Source: Anaeromyxobacteraceae bacterium (lineage in GTDB: Bacteria; Myxococcota; Myxococcia; Myxococcales; Anaeromyxobacteraceae). Taken from it: DNA of 64,000 nucleotides. Each line of letters begins with the position of its first letter. Within the stretch, counting starts at the first letter, position 1. The position numbers and the translations under genes were made by a program. The notes beneath the pieces are model-generated. The model made no database searches and was not told where the DNA came from. It saw only the letters and a list, made by a program, of their open reading frames with translations. This document shows, piece after piece, positions 6,993-24,896 of this stretch. The stretch covers positions 224,001 through 288,000 of the forward strand of contig JAULAX010000017.1 of assembly GCA_032654565.1 (NCBI GenBank). The letters are read 5' to 3'.

Positions 6993-9900
6993 TGGCCACG
7001 CCGCGCTACGCCGAGCTGCGCTGCCGCTCCTGCTTCTCCTTCCTCGAGGGGGCCAGCCACCCCGAGGAGCTGGTGGCGCGCGCCGCCGCGCTGGGGCTGT
7101 CGGCGCTGGCCCTCTCCGACCGGAACGGGCTGCAGGGGATCGTCAAGGCCCACGTCGAGGCCAAGCGGCTCGGCTTCCCGCTGCTGGTCGGCGCCGAGCT
7201 GGCGGTGGCCGACCTGGGGCGCGGCCGGCCCGGCTGGCTGACGCTGCTGGCCATCGACCGCGAGGGGTACGCCAACCTCTGCCGGCTCATCACCGCGGCC
7301 CACGGCGGCGATCCGGCCACGGCGGCGGCGGGGCGGCGCGAGCCCGAGGCGGTGCGGGTGGCGCAGCGGCTGCTGGGGGAGCGGGCCGGGGGGCTCTTCG
7401 CGCTCTACGGCGGCCACGACGGCGAGGCGGCGGCCCAGCTGCGCGACCTCTTCGGCCGCCGGCTGGCGCTGACGGTGTCGCGCCACCACGTGGCCGGCGA
7501 CGAGGCGCGGGTGGCCGCCTCCCGCTCCATCGGCGAGCGGCTCGCCATCCAGGTGGCGGTGGTCAACGACGTCGAGACCCACGAGCGACGCCGCCAGGTG
7601 CTGCAGGACGTGCTCACCTGCGTGCGGCTCGGGACCACCATCGACCGGGCCGGCCGCCGGCTCGCCCCCAACGCCGAGCGGACGCTCAAGGGGCCGGAGG
7701 AGATGGCCCGGCTCTGGGCCGACTTCCCGCAGGGGCTGGAGGCCACCCTGGAGATCGCGGCGCGCTGCCGCTTCCGCATGGAGGAGATCCGCGGCGAGCA
7801 CCCGCTGCCGCCGGTGCGGGTCGAGGCGGCGGGGCTGCAGGCCGGGGCGGCGGTCGCCATGTCGAGCCCGACCCAGGCGGAGCGGGCGGTGGCGCCGCAG
7901 CTGGTGACCCGGCTGCGGACCACGCGCGGGGCGGGGGCGGCCCCGAGGGCGCTGGAGCCAGCGGATCGAGGCGAAGGAACCCGTCGCCGGGACGGGACGT
8001 GCGAGGAGCGGGCCGCGCAGGAGGACGGCCGTCGTCCGCCGAGCAGCGAAGCGACGAGTCCGCCCGTCGCAGGCGGGGATCGTTCGCCGGCCCTGGCCGG
8101 CATGGACCTGCTCCGCACCCTGGTGCGGGAGGGGGCCCGCTGGCGCTACGGCGGCGAGCCGCCGGCCGACGTGGCGCGCCAGCTGGAGAAGGAGCTGACG
8201 CTGGTCGAGCAGCTCGGCTACGCCAGCTACTTCCTCACCGTCTGGGACGTGGTCCGCTTCGCCAGGGAGCGCGGCATCCTCTGCCAGGGGCGGGGCAGCG
8301 CCGCCAACTCGGCGGTCTGCTACGTGCTGGGGGTCACCTCCATCGATCCGGTGCGGATGGGGCTGCTCTTCGAGCGGTTCATCTCGGCGGAGCGGGGCGA
8401 GCCGCCCGACATCGACATCGACTTCGAGCACGAGCGGCGCGAGGAGGTGCTGCAGTACGTCTACCAGCGCTACGGCCGGGACCACGCCGGGATGGTCTGC
8501 GAGGTGATCACCTACCGGACCCGCTCGGCGCTGCGCGACGTCGGCAAGGCGCTGGGGCTGTCGCTCGCCCAGGTGGACCGGCTCGGGAAGGCGGTCTCGC
8601 ACCACGAGGACCCCACCGCCATCTCCGACGCCACCCTGGCCCAGGCCGGGCTCGACCCCGCCCAGGCGCCGCGGGTGCGCCAGGTGCTGGCGCTGGCCGG
8701 CGAGCTGCAGGGCTTCCCGCGCCACCTCTCCATCCACGTCGGTGGCTTCGTCATCACCCGGAGGCCGCTCAGCGAGACCGTCCCCATCGAGCCGGCCTCC
8801 ATGCCGGGCCGGACCATCGTGCAGTGGGACAAGGACGACCTGGCGGCGCTCGACCTGCTCAAGGTCGACCTGCTGGCGCTGGGGATGCTCACCGCCCTGT
8901 CGCGGGCCCTCGACCTGCTGGCGCGCCACCACCCGGCGCCGGCCCGTCCCACGCCGGTGGCCTGGCCCGACTCGCTGGCCACCATCCCCGCCGAGGAGCC
9001 GGCGGTCTACGCCATGGCCAGCCGCGCCGACACCGTCGGCGTCTTCCAGATCGAGTCGCGGGCGCAGATGGGGCTGCTGCCGCGGCTCCAGCCGCGCTGC
9101 TTCTACGATCTCGTCATCTCGGTGGCCATCATCCGGCCCGGGCCCATCCAGGGGGGCATGGTCCACCCCTTCCTGCGGCGGCGCGACGGTCGGGAGGCGG
9201 TGACCTACCCGTACCCGCCGCTGGAGCCGGTGCTGGCCCGCACCCTCGGCATCCCGCTCTTCCAGGAGCAGGCCATGCGGCTGGCCGTGGTGGCGGCCGG
9301 CTTCACGCCGGGCGAGGCCGACGAGCTGCGGCGGGTCATGACCCACCGGCGCTCGCATGAGCGGCTGGCGGCCATGAAGGCCCGGCTGCTGGACGGCATG
9401 GCCGAGCGGCGCATCCCCGCCGCCGACGCCGAGAAGATCTTCACCCACCTGCTCGGCTTCGCCGGCTACGGCTTCCCCGAGTCGCACGCCGCCTCCTTCG
9501 CGCTGCTGGTCTACGCCTCGGCCTGGCTCAAGTGCCACCACCCGGCGGTCTTCGCCGCCGCGCTCATCAACAGCCAGCCCATGGGCTTCTACGCGCCGCA
9601 CACGCTGGTGGAGGACGCCAAGCGCCACGGCGTGGAGGTGCGCGGCGTCGACGTCGACTGGAGCGGCTGGGAGAGCGCGCTGGAGGGCACCCGGCCCGGG
9701 CAGCCCCCGGCGCCGGGCCAGCCGCCCGCCGTCCGGCTCGGGCTCCACCTGGTGCAGGGGCTGCCGCGCCAGGTGGGCGAGGCGGTGGCGGCGGCGCGGG
9801 CCCAGGGGCCCTTCGGCTCGGTGGCGGCGCTCTGCCTGCGGGCCGGCCTCTCGCGGGCCTGGGCCACCCGGCTGGCCGAGGCCGGGGCGCTCGGCGGGCT

Positions 9901-10435
9901 CGAGCCGGAGCGGCGCGAGGCGGTCTGGAGGTCGATGGCGCTGCCGGCCCAGCCGGACAGCGGCGACCTCTTCGCCGGGCTGGCCCCGGCCGAGCCGGAG
10001 GCGCGGCTGGAGCCGGCCGGGGCGGCGGAGCTGGTGCAGGGGGACTACGCCACCACCGGCCTCTCGGTGCGAGGCCACCCCATGTCGCTGGTCCGCCCCA
10101 CGCTCGCCGGCGGCCGGGTGCGGACAGCCAGCGAGCTCGGCCGGCTCGACGACCGGGCGCCGGTGGAGGTGGCCGGGCTGGTGATCGTGCGGCAGCGGCC
10201 GGAGACGGCCCACGGCATCGTCTTCGTCTCGCTGGAGGACGAGACCGGCATCGCCAACCTGGTGGTCATGCCCGACGTCTACGAGCGCTACCGGCCGGTG
10301 GTGCGCGGCTCGCCGTTCCTGCTGGCCCGGGGGCGGCTGGAGCGGAACGGTCGGGTGGTCAACGTCCGGGTGGACACCCTGGCGACGCTGGCCTTCGCGC
10401 CCAGCGTCGGGGAGCGGGCGAGGAACTTCCATTGA
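6992..10435 (+). CDS. dnaE2: Error-prone DNA polymerase DnaE2 (ImuC)
   Basis: YAELRCRSCFSFLEGASHPEEL, GRGSAANSAVCY, PPDIDIDFEHERREEV, GYGFPESHAASFA, C-terminal ARNFH motif. Confidence 0.96.
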   Translation: MATPRYAELRCRSCFSFLEGASHPEELVARAAALGLSALALSDRNGLQGIVKAHVEAKRLGFPLLVGAELAVADLGRGRPGWLTLLAIDREGYANLCRLITAAHGGDPATAAAGRREPEAVRVAQRLLGERAGGLFALYGGHDGEAAAQLRDLFGRRLALTVSRHHVAGDEARVAASRSIGERLAIQVAVVNDVETHERRRQVLQDVLTCVRLGTTIDRAGRRLAPNAERTLKGPEEMARLWADFPQGLEATLEIAARCRFRMEEIRGEHPLPPVRVEAAGLQAGAAVAMSSPTQAERAVAPQLVTRLRTTRGAGAAPRALEPADRGEGTRRRDGTCEERAAQEDGRRPPSSEATSPPVAGGDRSPALAGMDLLRTLVREGARWRYGGEPPADVARQLEKELTLVEQLGYASYFLTVWDVVRFARERGILCQGRGSAANSAVCYVLGVTSIDPVRMGLLFERFISAERGEPPDIDIDFEHERREEVLQYVYQRYGRDHAGMVCEVITYRTRSALRDVGKALGLSLAQVDRLGKAVSHHEDPTAISDATLAQAGLDPAQAPRVRQVLALAGELQGFPRHLSIHVGGFVITRRPLSETVPIEPASMPGRTIVQWDKDDLAALDLLKVDLLALGMLTALSRALDLLARHHPAPARPTPVAWPDSLATIPAEEPAVYAMASRADTVGVFQIESRAQMGLLPRLQPRCFYDLVISVAIIRPGPIQGGMVHPFLRRRDGREAVTYPYPPLEPVLARTLGIPLFQEQAMRLAVVAAGFTPGEADELRRVMTHRRSHERLAAMKARLLDGMAERRIPAADAEKIFTHLLGFAGYGFPESHAASFALLVYASAWLKCHHPAVFAAALINSQPMGFYAPHTLVEDAKRHGVEVRGVDVDWSGWESALEGTRPGQPPAPGQPPAVRLGLHLVQGLPRQVGEAVAAARAQGPFGSVAALCLRAGLSRAWATRLAEAGALGGLEPERREAVWRSMALPAQPDSGDLFAGLAPAEPEARLEPAGAAELVQGDYATTGLSVRGHPMSLVRPTLAGGRVRTASELGRLDDRAPVEVAGLVIVRQRPETAHGIVFVSLEDETGIANLVVMPDVYERYRPVVRGSPFLLARGRLERNGRVVNVRVDTLATLAFAPSVGERARNFH

Positions 10436-10473
10436 TCGTGCTCGCAGCCCTCCGCGCCAGGGTGGCGCCCAAT

Positions 10474-10721
10474 CGTGCTGGCGCCGGTTTCTGGTGGCGC
10501 CAGCGCAAGACTCGAGGAGCGCCTCGGAGCATCGCTGGACAGGTCCGATTCTCCGAACGCCGCAGCCCCAACGAAAGGCCCGCACCCCAGTCGCGACGAG
10601 GCCAGCCGTGCTGGCGCCGGCTTCTGGTGGCGCCAGCGCAAGACGCGAGGAGCGCCTCGGAGCATCGCTGGACAGGTCCAATTCTCCGAACGCCGCAGCC
10701 CCAACGAAAGACCCGCACCCC
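10474..10721 (+). repeat. Tandem direct repeat, 2 x 115 bp (period 133 bp), highly structured
   Basis: 10474-10588 vs 10607-10721 differ at 4 positions; each has a GTGCTGGCGCC...GGCGCCAGCGC stem, CGAGG-agcg-CCTCG and TCGGAG...CTCCGA stems. Confidence 0.92.
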
Positions 10722-10726
10722 TGGGG

Positions 10727-10840
10727 AGGGATGCGGGCCGTATCAGCAGGAGCGAGAGGACCTGCTCATGGCTTGCGACGAGGCCACCAGAAGCCGGCCT
10801 CGTCGCGATTGAGCGACGCTAGAAGCCGTCGCCGTCGCGA

Positions 10841-10842
<2 letters not shown>
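10727..10842 (-). repeat. Divergent inverted copies of the same structured element
   Basis: Minus strand from 10810 reads AATCGCGACGAGG-CCGGCTTCTGGTGG-CCTCGTCGCAAG...GGCCCGCATCCC, matching start, loop and end of the + strand copies; further degenerate copy at 10811-10842. Confidence 0.7.
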
Positions 10843-13599
<2,757 letters not shown>

Positions 13600-13603
<4 letters not shown>

Positions 13604-13674
13604 CTGTCCGTCCCTTCGCCCGCGAGCTCCCGCTCCAGGCGCACGAGTTCCCGTTCACGTGCACGAATGGCCAT
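13600..13674 (-). CDS. Possible 24-aa leader peptide overlapping the nrdJ start
   Basis: MAIRARERELVRLERELAGEGTDR*; its TGA overlaps the ATGATG of nrdJ. Confidence 0.3.
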
Positions 13675-13826
13675 GCACGCGTCGATGACTTCCCCCGGCC
13701 GGCCCGCGTGGATGAACCGGGGGATTAGCTTGGTGGTCTGACAACGAAAGGTGTCCGTGCTGGAAGCCCGCCGCCCGACCCGCCGCCCGCTCCTTCACGT
13801 CTCCTGCCCCTGCGCTACCGCGGCGC

Positions 13827-13854
13827 AATGTAGCAAGAGGTGGGGCCCTGTCAA
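13827..13854 (-). promoter_or_regulatory. Putative sigma70 promoter of nrdJ
   Basis: Minus strand TTGACA-16bp-TACATT. Confidence 0.6.
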
Positions 13855-13862
13855 CGAAGAGA

Positions 13863-13910
13863 CCACTACCTATTGTATGGTACACACCAAAACACCACAA
13901 GATACGGGCA
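13863..13910. promoter_or_regulatory. Tandem NrdR boxes
   Basis: CCACTACCTATTGTAT (13863-13878) and CCACAAGATACGGGCA (13895-13910) resemble acaCwAtATaTwGtgt, starts 32 bp apart, in an AT-richer patch upstream of nrdJ. Confidence 0.65.
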
Positions 13911-14041
13911 GTTCAGCCAATACCACCCCTTGGGGTGTCCGATATCGCCAGAGAGTCCTTGACAGCCGGTCGAAGCGGCCGGGAATCCGCCCGGGCGACG
14001 TGGCCTGACCTGCCCCGCGCGTGCTACAAGCCCGCTCCCAC

Positions 14042-15839
<1,798 letters not shown>

Positions 15840-15847
<8 letters not shown>

Positions 15848-16682
15848 GGCCGCCAGCGGGGCGGGGGAGCCGGGCCCGCCGGCCCCCTCCGGAACCCTGC
15901 GGCGCGACCTGCCGCGGACCGCCCTGGCCGCGCTGGCGGTGGCCCTGCTGATCCGCGGGACGGTGGTGGAGCCGTTCGCCGTCCCCGGCGGCTCGATGGC
16001 CCCCACGCTGCTCGACGGGGACGTGGTGCTGGTCTCCCGGCTGGCCTACGGGCTGCGGTTCCCCTTCACCGGCTTCACCCTGCTGCCGCTGGCCGCGCCA
16101 CGCCGCGGCGACGTGGTGGTGTTCCGCGACCCGCGGGACCGCTCCCGGCGGCTGGTGCGCCGGGTCATCGGCCTCGACGGTGACGTCGTCGAGCTCCGCG
16201 AGCAGCAGCTGCTGGTGGCCGGGGTGGTCCAGCCCAGGCTCGCGGCCGGGGAGCGCGACGACCAGGAGCGGGACCCGGTCACCGGGGCGGTCCAGCACGA
16301 CACCTGCCGGGCCTACCGCGAGATGCTGGCGCTGGGGCGGCTCGATGGCCGGGCCGGGGAGGGGCCGGCGGCGCAGGCCGAGGCCTGGTCCAGGGGGGCG
16401 GCGGCCGGCGTCATGGGCCACGACCTGCTGCAGTGCCGGCGGGCCCGGCCCGGGCGCGGGCAGGGGCCCTTCGGGCCGGTCCGCCGGGGTCACCTCTTCG
16501 TGCTCGGAGACAACCGCGACCGGGCCATCGACGGCCGGGACGGCGGCTGGCAGGTGCCGGTGGAGGACGTGATCGGCCGGGTGGCGCTGGTGGGCTGGGG
16601 GTGGGGCCCGGGGGGCTGGTGGCCCGGGGCGGGGGCCGGCCAGGGCGTGCGGATCGACCGCCTTCTCAAACCGGTCGAGTAG
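15840..16682 (+). CDS. lepB: Signal peptidase I-like protein (S26) with degenerate active site
   Basis: [25 protein letters not shown] (Lys replaced by Arg), [14 protein letters not shown]; overlaps lepA. Confidence 0.75.
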
Positions 16683-16700
16683 CGGTACAAGCGATCCCCG

Positions 16701-17162
16701 ATGATCCCCTCCGCCTCGCCTCGCCAGCGCTCCCTGCAGCGCGGCGAGATCTCCTGGGTCACCGTCCTGATGCTGCTGCTCCTGGCCTCCGGGGGCTACC
16801 TGGCGGTGGTCTGGGGGCCCGTCTACATCGTCCGCTACGAGGTCGGGGTGATCACCGGCGAGATCGCCAACCGGGCGGTGAACGACCGCGACGACGCCCG
16901 GCTGGTGGCGGCGCTCTGCGACAAGATCAGGAACCTGTCCACGGTCAAGGCGCCGCAGCCGGACGGCAGCATCCTCGAGGTCCCGGCCGTCGAGCTCCGC
17001 CCCGAGGACGTGACCTGGGAGCGCGACGCCACCGGCATGCCTCGCACCCTGCGCATCGCCTTCGAGTACACCACCAGCGTCCACTACCTGCTCTTCGACC
17101 GCTTCACCGAGAAGACCTTCGCCGTCGACTGGTCCCAGGACATCTCGCCAGTGAAGTGGTGA
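16701..17162 (+). CDS. Membrane-anchored hypothetical protein (possibly DUF4845-like, pilin-like N-terminus)
   Basis: QRG followed by a hydrophobic helix; position after lepA-lepB mirrors DUF4845 genes in Proteobacteria. Confidence 0.65.
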   Translation: MIPSASPRQRSLQRGEISWVTVLMLLLLASGGYLAVVWGPVYIVRYEVGVITGEIANRAVNDRDDARLVAALCDKIRNLSTVKAPQPDGSILEVPAVELRPEDVTWERDATGMPRTLRIAFEYTTSVHYLLFDRFTEKTFAVDWSQDISPVKW

Positions 17163-17184
17163 GCCAGCGCGGCACGGGGGAGGC

Positions 17185-17721
17185 ATGAACTCGCAGCAGA
17201 TCGAGCAGGTCCTGGCGCGGCTCGGCCAGGAGATCGCGGCCCGGGCCACCGCCGTCGGCGCCGCCGAGACGCTGGCCATCGTCGGCATCCGGCGCGGCGG
17301 GGTCCACCTGGCCGCCCGGCTGGGGGCGGACCTGGCCCTGCGGCTGGGCCACCGGCCCCCCACCGGCACCCTGGACATCGCCCTCTACCGCGACGACCTC
17401 TCGGCCCGCGGGGTGGCGCCGGTGGTCGGCCCCACCGACATCCGCTTCCCGCTGGACGGCAAGACGGTGCTGCTGGTCGACGACGTGCTCTACACCGGGC
17501 GCACGGTGCGGGCCGCCCTCGACGAGCTGGTCGACTTCGGCCGGCCGCGGCGGGTCTGGCTGGCGGTGCTGGTGGACCGGGGCGGCCACGAGCTGCCCAT
17601 CGCCGCCGACTTCGCCGGCGCCACCCTGGCGGTGCCGGACCAGCAGGACGTGCAGGTGACGCTGCGCGAGGACGGGGCCGCCGAGGACGCGGTGGTCGTC
17701 ACCACGAGGAGGCCGCGGTGA
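17185..17721 (+). CDS. pyrR: PyrR, pyrimidine regulator/uracil phosphoribosyltransferase
   Basis: [38 protein letters not shown]; precedes pyrB. Confidence 0.9.
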   Translation: MNSQQIEQVLARLGQEIAARATAVGAAETLAIVGIRRGGVHLAARLGADLALRLGHRPPTGTLDIALYRDDLSARGVAPVVGPTDIRFPLDGKTVLLVDDVLYTGRTVRAALDELVDFGRPRRVWLAVLVDRGGHELPIAADFAGATLAVPDQQDVQVTLREDGAAEDAVVVTTRRPR

Positions 17722-18659
17722 TCGGTCGACAGAAGCACTGCATCGCGCTGGAGGACTTCTCCCGGGAGGAGCTGCTGCAGGTGCTCGACCTGGCGGTCTC
17801 CATGAAGGAGGTGCTGCTCCGGCCCATCAAGAAGGTGCCGAGCCTGCGCGGCAAGTCGGTGGTGAACCTCTTCTTCGAGGCCTCGACGCGCACCCGCAGC
17901 TCCTTCGAGATCGCCGCCAAGGTGCTCTCCGCCGACGCCCTCAACTGGACCTCGGCCAGCTCCTCGGTGACCAAGGGGGAGACCCTGGTGGACACCGCCC
18001 GCAACCTCGAGGCCATGCGCCCCGACGTGCTGGTGATCCGCCACTCCGCCAGCGGGGCGCCGCGGCTGGTGGCCGAGCACGTCGGCTGCGCGGTGGTCTC
18101 GGCCGGCGACGGGGCCCACGAGCACCCCAGCCAGGGGCTGCTCGACTGCTTCACCATCCGCGAGAAGCTGGGTACCCTGGAGGGGAAGACCCTGGCCATC
18201 GTCGGCGACATCAGCCACAGCCGGGTGGCCCGCTCCGACCTGCACGCCTTCACCAAGCTCGGCACCACGGTCCGGCTCTGCGGCCCGCCCACCATGATCC
18301 CGGCCGGGGTCGAGGGGCTCGGCTGCACCGTCACCCACGACCTGCGCACCGCCGTGGAGGGGGCCGACGCCGTGGTCATGCTGCGCATCCAGCATGAGCG
18401 CATCGGCGACCCGCTCATCCCCAACACCCGCGAGTACTCGCGCCTCTGGGGGCTCAACGGCAAGAAGGCCCGGGAGTGGCTCAAGCCCTCGGCCCTCATC
18501 CTCCACCCCGGCCCCATCAACCGCGGCGTCGAACTCTCGCCCGACGTCGCCGACGGGCCCCACAGCGTCATCCTCGACCAGGTGCAGAACGGAGTTGCGG
18601 TCCGGATGGCGATCCTCTACCTCCTCGCCGGCGGCGATCCGGCGGAGGCCAAGGCATGA
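17718..18659 (+). CDS. pyrB: Aspartate carbamoyltransferase catalytic subunit
   Basis: [33 protein letters not shown]. Confidence 0.96.
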   Translation: MIGRQKHCIALEDFSREELLQVLDLAVSMKEVLLRPIKKVPSLRGKSVVNLFFEASTRTRSSFEIAAKVLSADALNWTSASSSVTKGETLVDTARNLEAMRPDVLVIRHSASGAPRLVAEHVGCAVVSAGDGAHEHPSQGLLDCFTIREKLGTLEGKTLAIVGDISHSRVARSDLHAFTKLGTTVRLCGPPTMIPAGVEGLGCTVTHDLRTAVEGADAVVMLRIQHERIGDPLIPNTREYSRLWGLNGKKAREWLKPSALILHPGPINRGVELSPDVADGPHSVILDQVQNGVAVRMAILYLLAGGDPAEAKA

Positions 18660-19954
18660 ACGACGTGATCATCATCAGGGGCGGGCGGGTCATCGACCCG
18701 GCCACCGGCACCGACGCGGTGCGGACCGTGGTGCTGCGCGACGGCGCCGTGGCCGAGGTGGCCGAGCGGGTCGAGGCCCCCACGGGCGCCACCATCCTCG
18801 ACGCCACCGGGCGCTGGGTGACGCCGGGCTTCATCGACCTGCACGTGCACCTGCGCGAGCCGGGGCAGGAGTACAAGGAGACGGTGGCGACCGGGGCCCG
18901 CGCGGCGGTGGCCGGCGGCTTCACCTCCATCGTCTGCATGCCCAACACCAAGCCGGTCAACGACACCCTGGCGGTCACCGAGCTGATCCTGGCCCGGGCC
19001 GCGACGGCCGGGCTGGCCCGCGTCTACCCCTGCGGCTGCATCTCCAAGGGCTCCAGCGGCGAGGAGCTGGCCGAGTATGGCGAGCTCCAGGCCGGGGGCT
19101 GCGTGGCCCTCTCCGACGACGGCAAGCCGGTGATGTCCTCCTCGCTGATGCGCCGGGCCCTGGAGTACGCCCGCACCTTCGGCCTGCCGTTGACCGTCCA
19201 CGAGGAGGACCTGGCCCTGGTCGGAAAGGGGGTCATGCACGAGGGGGCCTCCTCGACGCGCCTCGGCCTCAAGGGGATCCCCGGCCAGGCCGAGGAGGTG
19301 ATGGTGCTGCGCGACATCGCCCTGGCCGAGCTGACCGGGGGGCGGGTCCACATCGCCCACGCCTCGTCGGCCGGCACGGTGCGGGCGGTGCGCGAGGCCA
19401 AGCGCCGCGGCCTGCCGGTCACCGCCGAGGTCACCCCCCACCACCTCTCGCTCACCGACGAGGACGTGGCCGCCTCCGGCTACTCCACCGACTTCAAGAT
19501 GAGCCCGCCGCTCCGCTCCCGGGCCGACGTGGCCGCCTGCGTGGAGGGGCTGGCCGACGGCACCCTCGACTGCATCGCCACCGACCACGCGCCCCACTCG
19601 CCGGTGGAGAAGGACGTGGAGTTCGACGCCGCCCTGAACGGCATCATCGGGCTGGAGACCGCCTTCCCGGTCTGCCTGGCGCTGGTCAAGGCCGGCACGC
19701 TGACCGAGCGCCGGCTCGTCGAGGCCCTCACCGCCTCGCCGGCCCGGGCCTTCGGCCTGCCCGGCGGCACCCTGGCCCGCGGCGCCCCCGCCGACGTGGC
19801 CATCCTCGATCCCGCCGCCGAGTGGCTCTGCACGGCCGGGTCGTTCCACTCCAAGAGCACCAACTCCCCGTGGAAGGGGCGGCGCCTCACCGGCCGCTGC
19901 ACGCACGCCATCGTCGGCGGGCGGCTGGTCCACGCGGGCGGCAAGGAGTCATGA
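18656..19954 (+). CDS. pyrC: Dihydroorotase
   Basis: [33 protein letters not shown]. Confidence 0.95.
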   Translation: MNDVIIIRGGRVIDPATGTDAVRTVVLRDGAVAEVAERVEAPTGATILDATGRWVTPGFIDLHVHLREPGQEYKETVATGARAAVAGGFTSIVCMPNTKPVNDTLAVTELILARAATAGLARVYPCGCISKGSSGEELAEYGELQAGGCVALSDDGKPVMSSSLMRRALEYARTFGLPLTVHEEDLALVGKGVMHEGASSTRLGLKGIPGQAEEVMVLRDIALAELTGGRVHIAHASSAGTVRAVREAKRRGLPVTAEVTPHHLSLTDEDVAASGYSTDFKMSPPLRSRADVAACVEGLADGTLDCIATDHAPHSPVEKDVEFDAALNGIIGLETAFPVCLALVKAGTLTERRLVEALTASPARAFGLPGGTLARGAPADVAILDPAAEWLCTAGSFHSKSTNSPWKGRRLTGRCTHAIVGGRLVHAGGKES

Positions 19955-21078
19955 TGCGCGCGGCCACCCTGGCGCTGGCGGACGGCACCACCTTCGAAGG
20001 CAGCGGGTTCGGCCATGACGGGGAGGCCGCCGGCGAGGTGGTGTTCAACACCTCGCTGACCGGCTACCAGGAGATCCTCACCGACCCCTCCTACGTCGGG
20101 CAGATGGTCTGCATGACCTACCCGGAGCAGGGGAACACCGGGTGCACCGTGGCCGACGACGAGTCCGACCGGGTCCACGCCACCGCCTTCATCGCCCGCC
20201 ACCACGCCGAGGCGCCCTCCAGCTTCCGCGCCCAGGAGGGGCTGGACGCCTTCCTGAGGCGCCACCGGGTGACCGGGCTGGTCGGCATCGACACCCGCCG
20301 GCTGGTGCGTCACCTGCGCACCCACGGCGCGCAGATGGGGATCATCTCCAGCCAGGGGACCGCCGCCGAGCTGGTGGCGCGGGCCCGGGCCCTCCCCGGC
20401 CTCGAGGGCCAGGATCTCGCCACCCGCATCTCCACCCCGACCCGCTACGAGTGGCGCGAGACCGGCGCCGACGCCTGGACCGACGCCGGCCGCGGCCAGG
20501 CCCGGGGGCCACGCTTCCACGTGGTGGCCTACGACTGGGGGCTGAAGCGGGCCATGCTGCGGCTGCTGGCCGAGCAGGGCTGCCGCATCACCGTGGTGCC
20601 GAGCCGGACCACCGCCGCCGAGGCCCTGGCCCTGAAGCCCGACGGCATCTTCCTCACCAACGGCCCGGGGGATCCCGCCGCGGTGACCGGCGCCCGCGAG
20701 ACGGTGGCGGCGCTGCTCGGGAAGGTGCCGGTCTTCGGCATCTGCCTCGGCCACCAGATCCTCTCGCTGGCGCTCGGCGCCCGCACCTACAAGCTCAAGT
20801 TCGGCCACCGCGGCGCCAACCAGCCGGTCAAGGAGCTGGCCACCGGCAAGGTGGACATCACCGTGCAGAACCACGGCTTCGCCGTGGACGAGAAGTCGCT
20901 GGGGACGCGGGCCCGGGTCACCCACGTCAACCTCAACGACGGCACCGTGGAGGGGATCGAGGTGCTCGACGCCCCGGCCTTCAGCGTCCAGTACCACCCC
21001 GAGGCCGCCCCCGGCCCGCACGACGCCCGCTCGCTGTTCGGCCGGTTCGTGGGGATGATGGAGCGCGCCAGGCCATGA
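19951..21078 (+). CDS. carA: Carbamoyl-phosphate synthase small subunit
   Basis: [45 protein letters not shown]. Confidence 0.96.
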   Translation: MMRAATLALADGTTFEGSGFGHDGEAAGEVVFNTSLTGYQEILTDPSYVGQMVCMTYPEQGNTGCTVADDESDRVHATAFIARHHAEAPSSFRAQEGLDAFLRRHRVTGLVGIDTRRLVRHLRTHGAQMGIISSQGTAAELVARARALPGLEGQDLATRISTPTRYEWRETGADAWTDAGRGQARGPRFHVVAYDWGLKRAMLRLLAEQGCRITVVPSRTTAAEALALKPDGIFLTNGPGDPAAVTGARETVAALLGKVPVFGICLGHQILSLALGARTYKLKFGHRGANQPVKELATGKVDITVQNHGFAVDEKSLGTRARVTHVNLNDGTVEGIEVLDAPAFSVQYHPEAAPGPHDARSLFGRFVGMMERARP

Positions 21079-21758
21079 CCCTGCCCGAGCTCCACGAGCG
21101 GCTGCTCTCGTGGGCGACCGCGGCCGAGCACCAGGCCGACCTGCTGGCGGCCCGGGCCGACCACTTCGGCCGCTACGGGGAGCCGCACGAGGAGGACCAG
21201 TCCTACGAGCAGCGGGTCAACGCCATGCTCGACGCCTATCTCTACGAGTGGCGCCCCGCCCCGCTGGCGCCCACCACGCTGGAGCGGTTCATCGACGAGG
21301 CCGGGGCCGGGCTGGCCGCCGAGGACCACGCCGTGGTGGCCGGGCTGCTGGCGCAGCGGCGCGGGCTCTTCGAGGTCAAGCGGGTGCAGCCCGGGCTGGT
21401 GCGCGTGGCCGACGCCTTCACCGGCGAGCTGATCGAGGTGGCGGAGCGACGGCAGGTGGCCGGGCTGGAGAAGGGGGACCTGCTGGAGGCGCGGCTGCTG
21501 CCCTACGAGGGGAAGCTGGTCTTCTCCGGCGCCTTCCTCTACCACCCCCGCGAGGCCCGCCGGCTGATCCTCGCCGAGGTGAAGCGGCTCAAGAAGGCGG
21601 CCGGCAAGGCGGCGCAGCCCGACCAGGGGGCGTTCCTCGCCACCCTCTCGCGGATGGCCTTCAAGCTGGAGCGCTACCGGAACGTCCGGCTGGAGTCGAT
21701 CTACGACTTCCAGGTCGAGCCCCGGGCCATGACGCCGCGGCCGCCCGGGCGCCGCTGA
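21075..21758 (+). CDS. Hypothetical protein
   Basis: 227-aa ORF with typical codon bias, ATGA overlap with carA. Confidence 0.8.
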   Translation: MTLPELHERLLSWATAAEHQADLLAARADHFGRYGEPHEEDQSYEQRVNAMLDAYLYEWRPAPLAPTTLERFIDEAGAGLAAEDHAVVAGLLAQRRGLFEVKRVQPGLVRVADAFTGELIEVAERRQVAGLEKGDLLEARLLPYEGKLVFSGAFLYHPREARRLILAEVKRLKKAAGKAAQPDQGAFLATLSRMAFKLERYRNVRLESIYDFQVEPRAMTPRPPGRR

Positions 21759-21773
21759 CGGGGCCCGGCCCGG

Positions 21774-22449
21774 GTGCGCTGGCTCATCGTCAACGCCGAC
21801 GACCTGGGGTACGACCCGGAGATCGATCGCGGCATCCTCGAGGCCCACGCCCGGGGGATCGTCGGCTCGGCCACCGCCATGGTGGAGACGCCGTTCGCCG
21901 AGGCGGCCCTGCGCGCGGCGCCGGCCTCGCTGGCGGTGGGACTCCACGCCGTCCTCGACCCGGCCGCGGACCTGGCCCGCGGCCGAGGCGGCGCTGCGCC
22001 GGCAGCTGCGCCGCTTCGTCGAGCTGCGCGGGGAGCTCCCCTCCCACCTCGACAGCCACAAGCACGCCCACGCCGCGCCCGGGCCGTTCGCCGCCGCGGT
22101 CCGGGTGGCGCAGGAGCACCGGCTGCCGGTGCGGTCCCTCGACGCCGCCATGCGCGGCGCGCTGCGGGCCGCCGGGCTGGCCACCGCCGACGCCTTCCTC
22201 GGGGACGCGGCGCGGCGCCCGGCCTGGACCGAGGCGGGGCTGCTCGCGGCGCTGGAGCGGCTGGAGGAGGGGACCACCGAGCTGATGGCGCACCCGGGCT
22301 ATCGCCCCAGCCAGGCCCGGACCAGCTTCGGCGTGGAGCGGGAGGCCGAGCTGGAGGCGCTGGTCAGTCCGCGCGTCCGGGCCCTGGTCAGAAGCGCGGG
22401 TCTTCACTTGGGTTCCTATCGTGACGTGGCGCGCCGCCGCATGGGCTGA
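21774..22449 (+). pseudogene. YdjC/ChbG-family deacetylase split by a +1 frameshift near 21978
   Basis: LIVNADDLG and VGLH in one frame; PSHLDSHKH, ELMAHPG, REAELEAL in the next frame; one extra base in CTGGCCCGCGGCCGAG. Confidence 0.8.
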
Positions 22450-22606
22450 GCCGCCCCCGGGCGCGGATCGACTCGAATGTCGACCGCACGAGTCCGCAAA
22501 ATCCCTATGAAATTCGGATACCTCCGCGACAGACCGTCTTTACTCACGGAGGGGAAGGGTGGTAACAGAGCCGCTCCGGTTTCTCCCGAACGTCGAGGTC
22601 CGAACG

Positions 22607-24896
<2,290 letters not shown>

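Noticed and set aside
7810..8100. Intein in DnaE2
   Set aside because: No N-terminal C/S splice block or C-terminal HN-C/S/T motif; low-complexity linker
10474..10721. CRISPR array
   Set aside because: Only two 115-bp units with an 18-bp linker that is itself repeat-derived; no cas genes
13604..13826. Cobalamin riboswitch upstream of nrdJ
   Set aside because: No recognisable B12-box elements; NrdR-like boxes explain regulation
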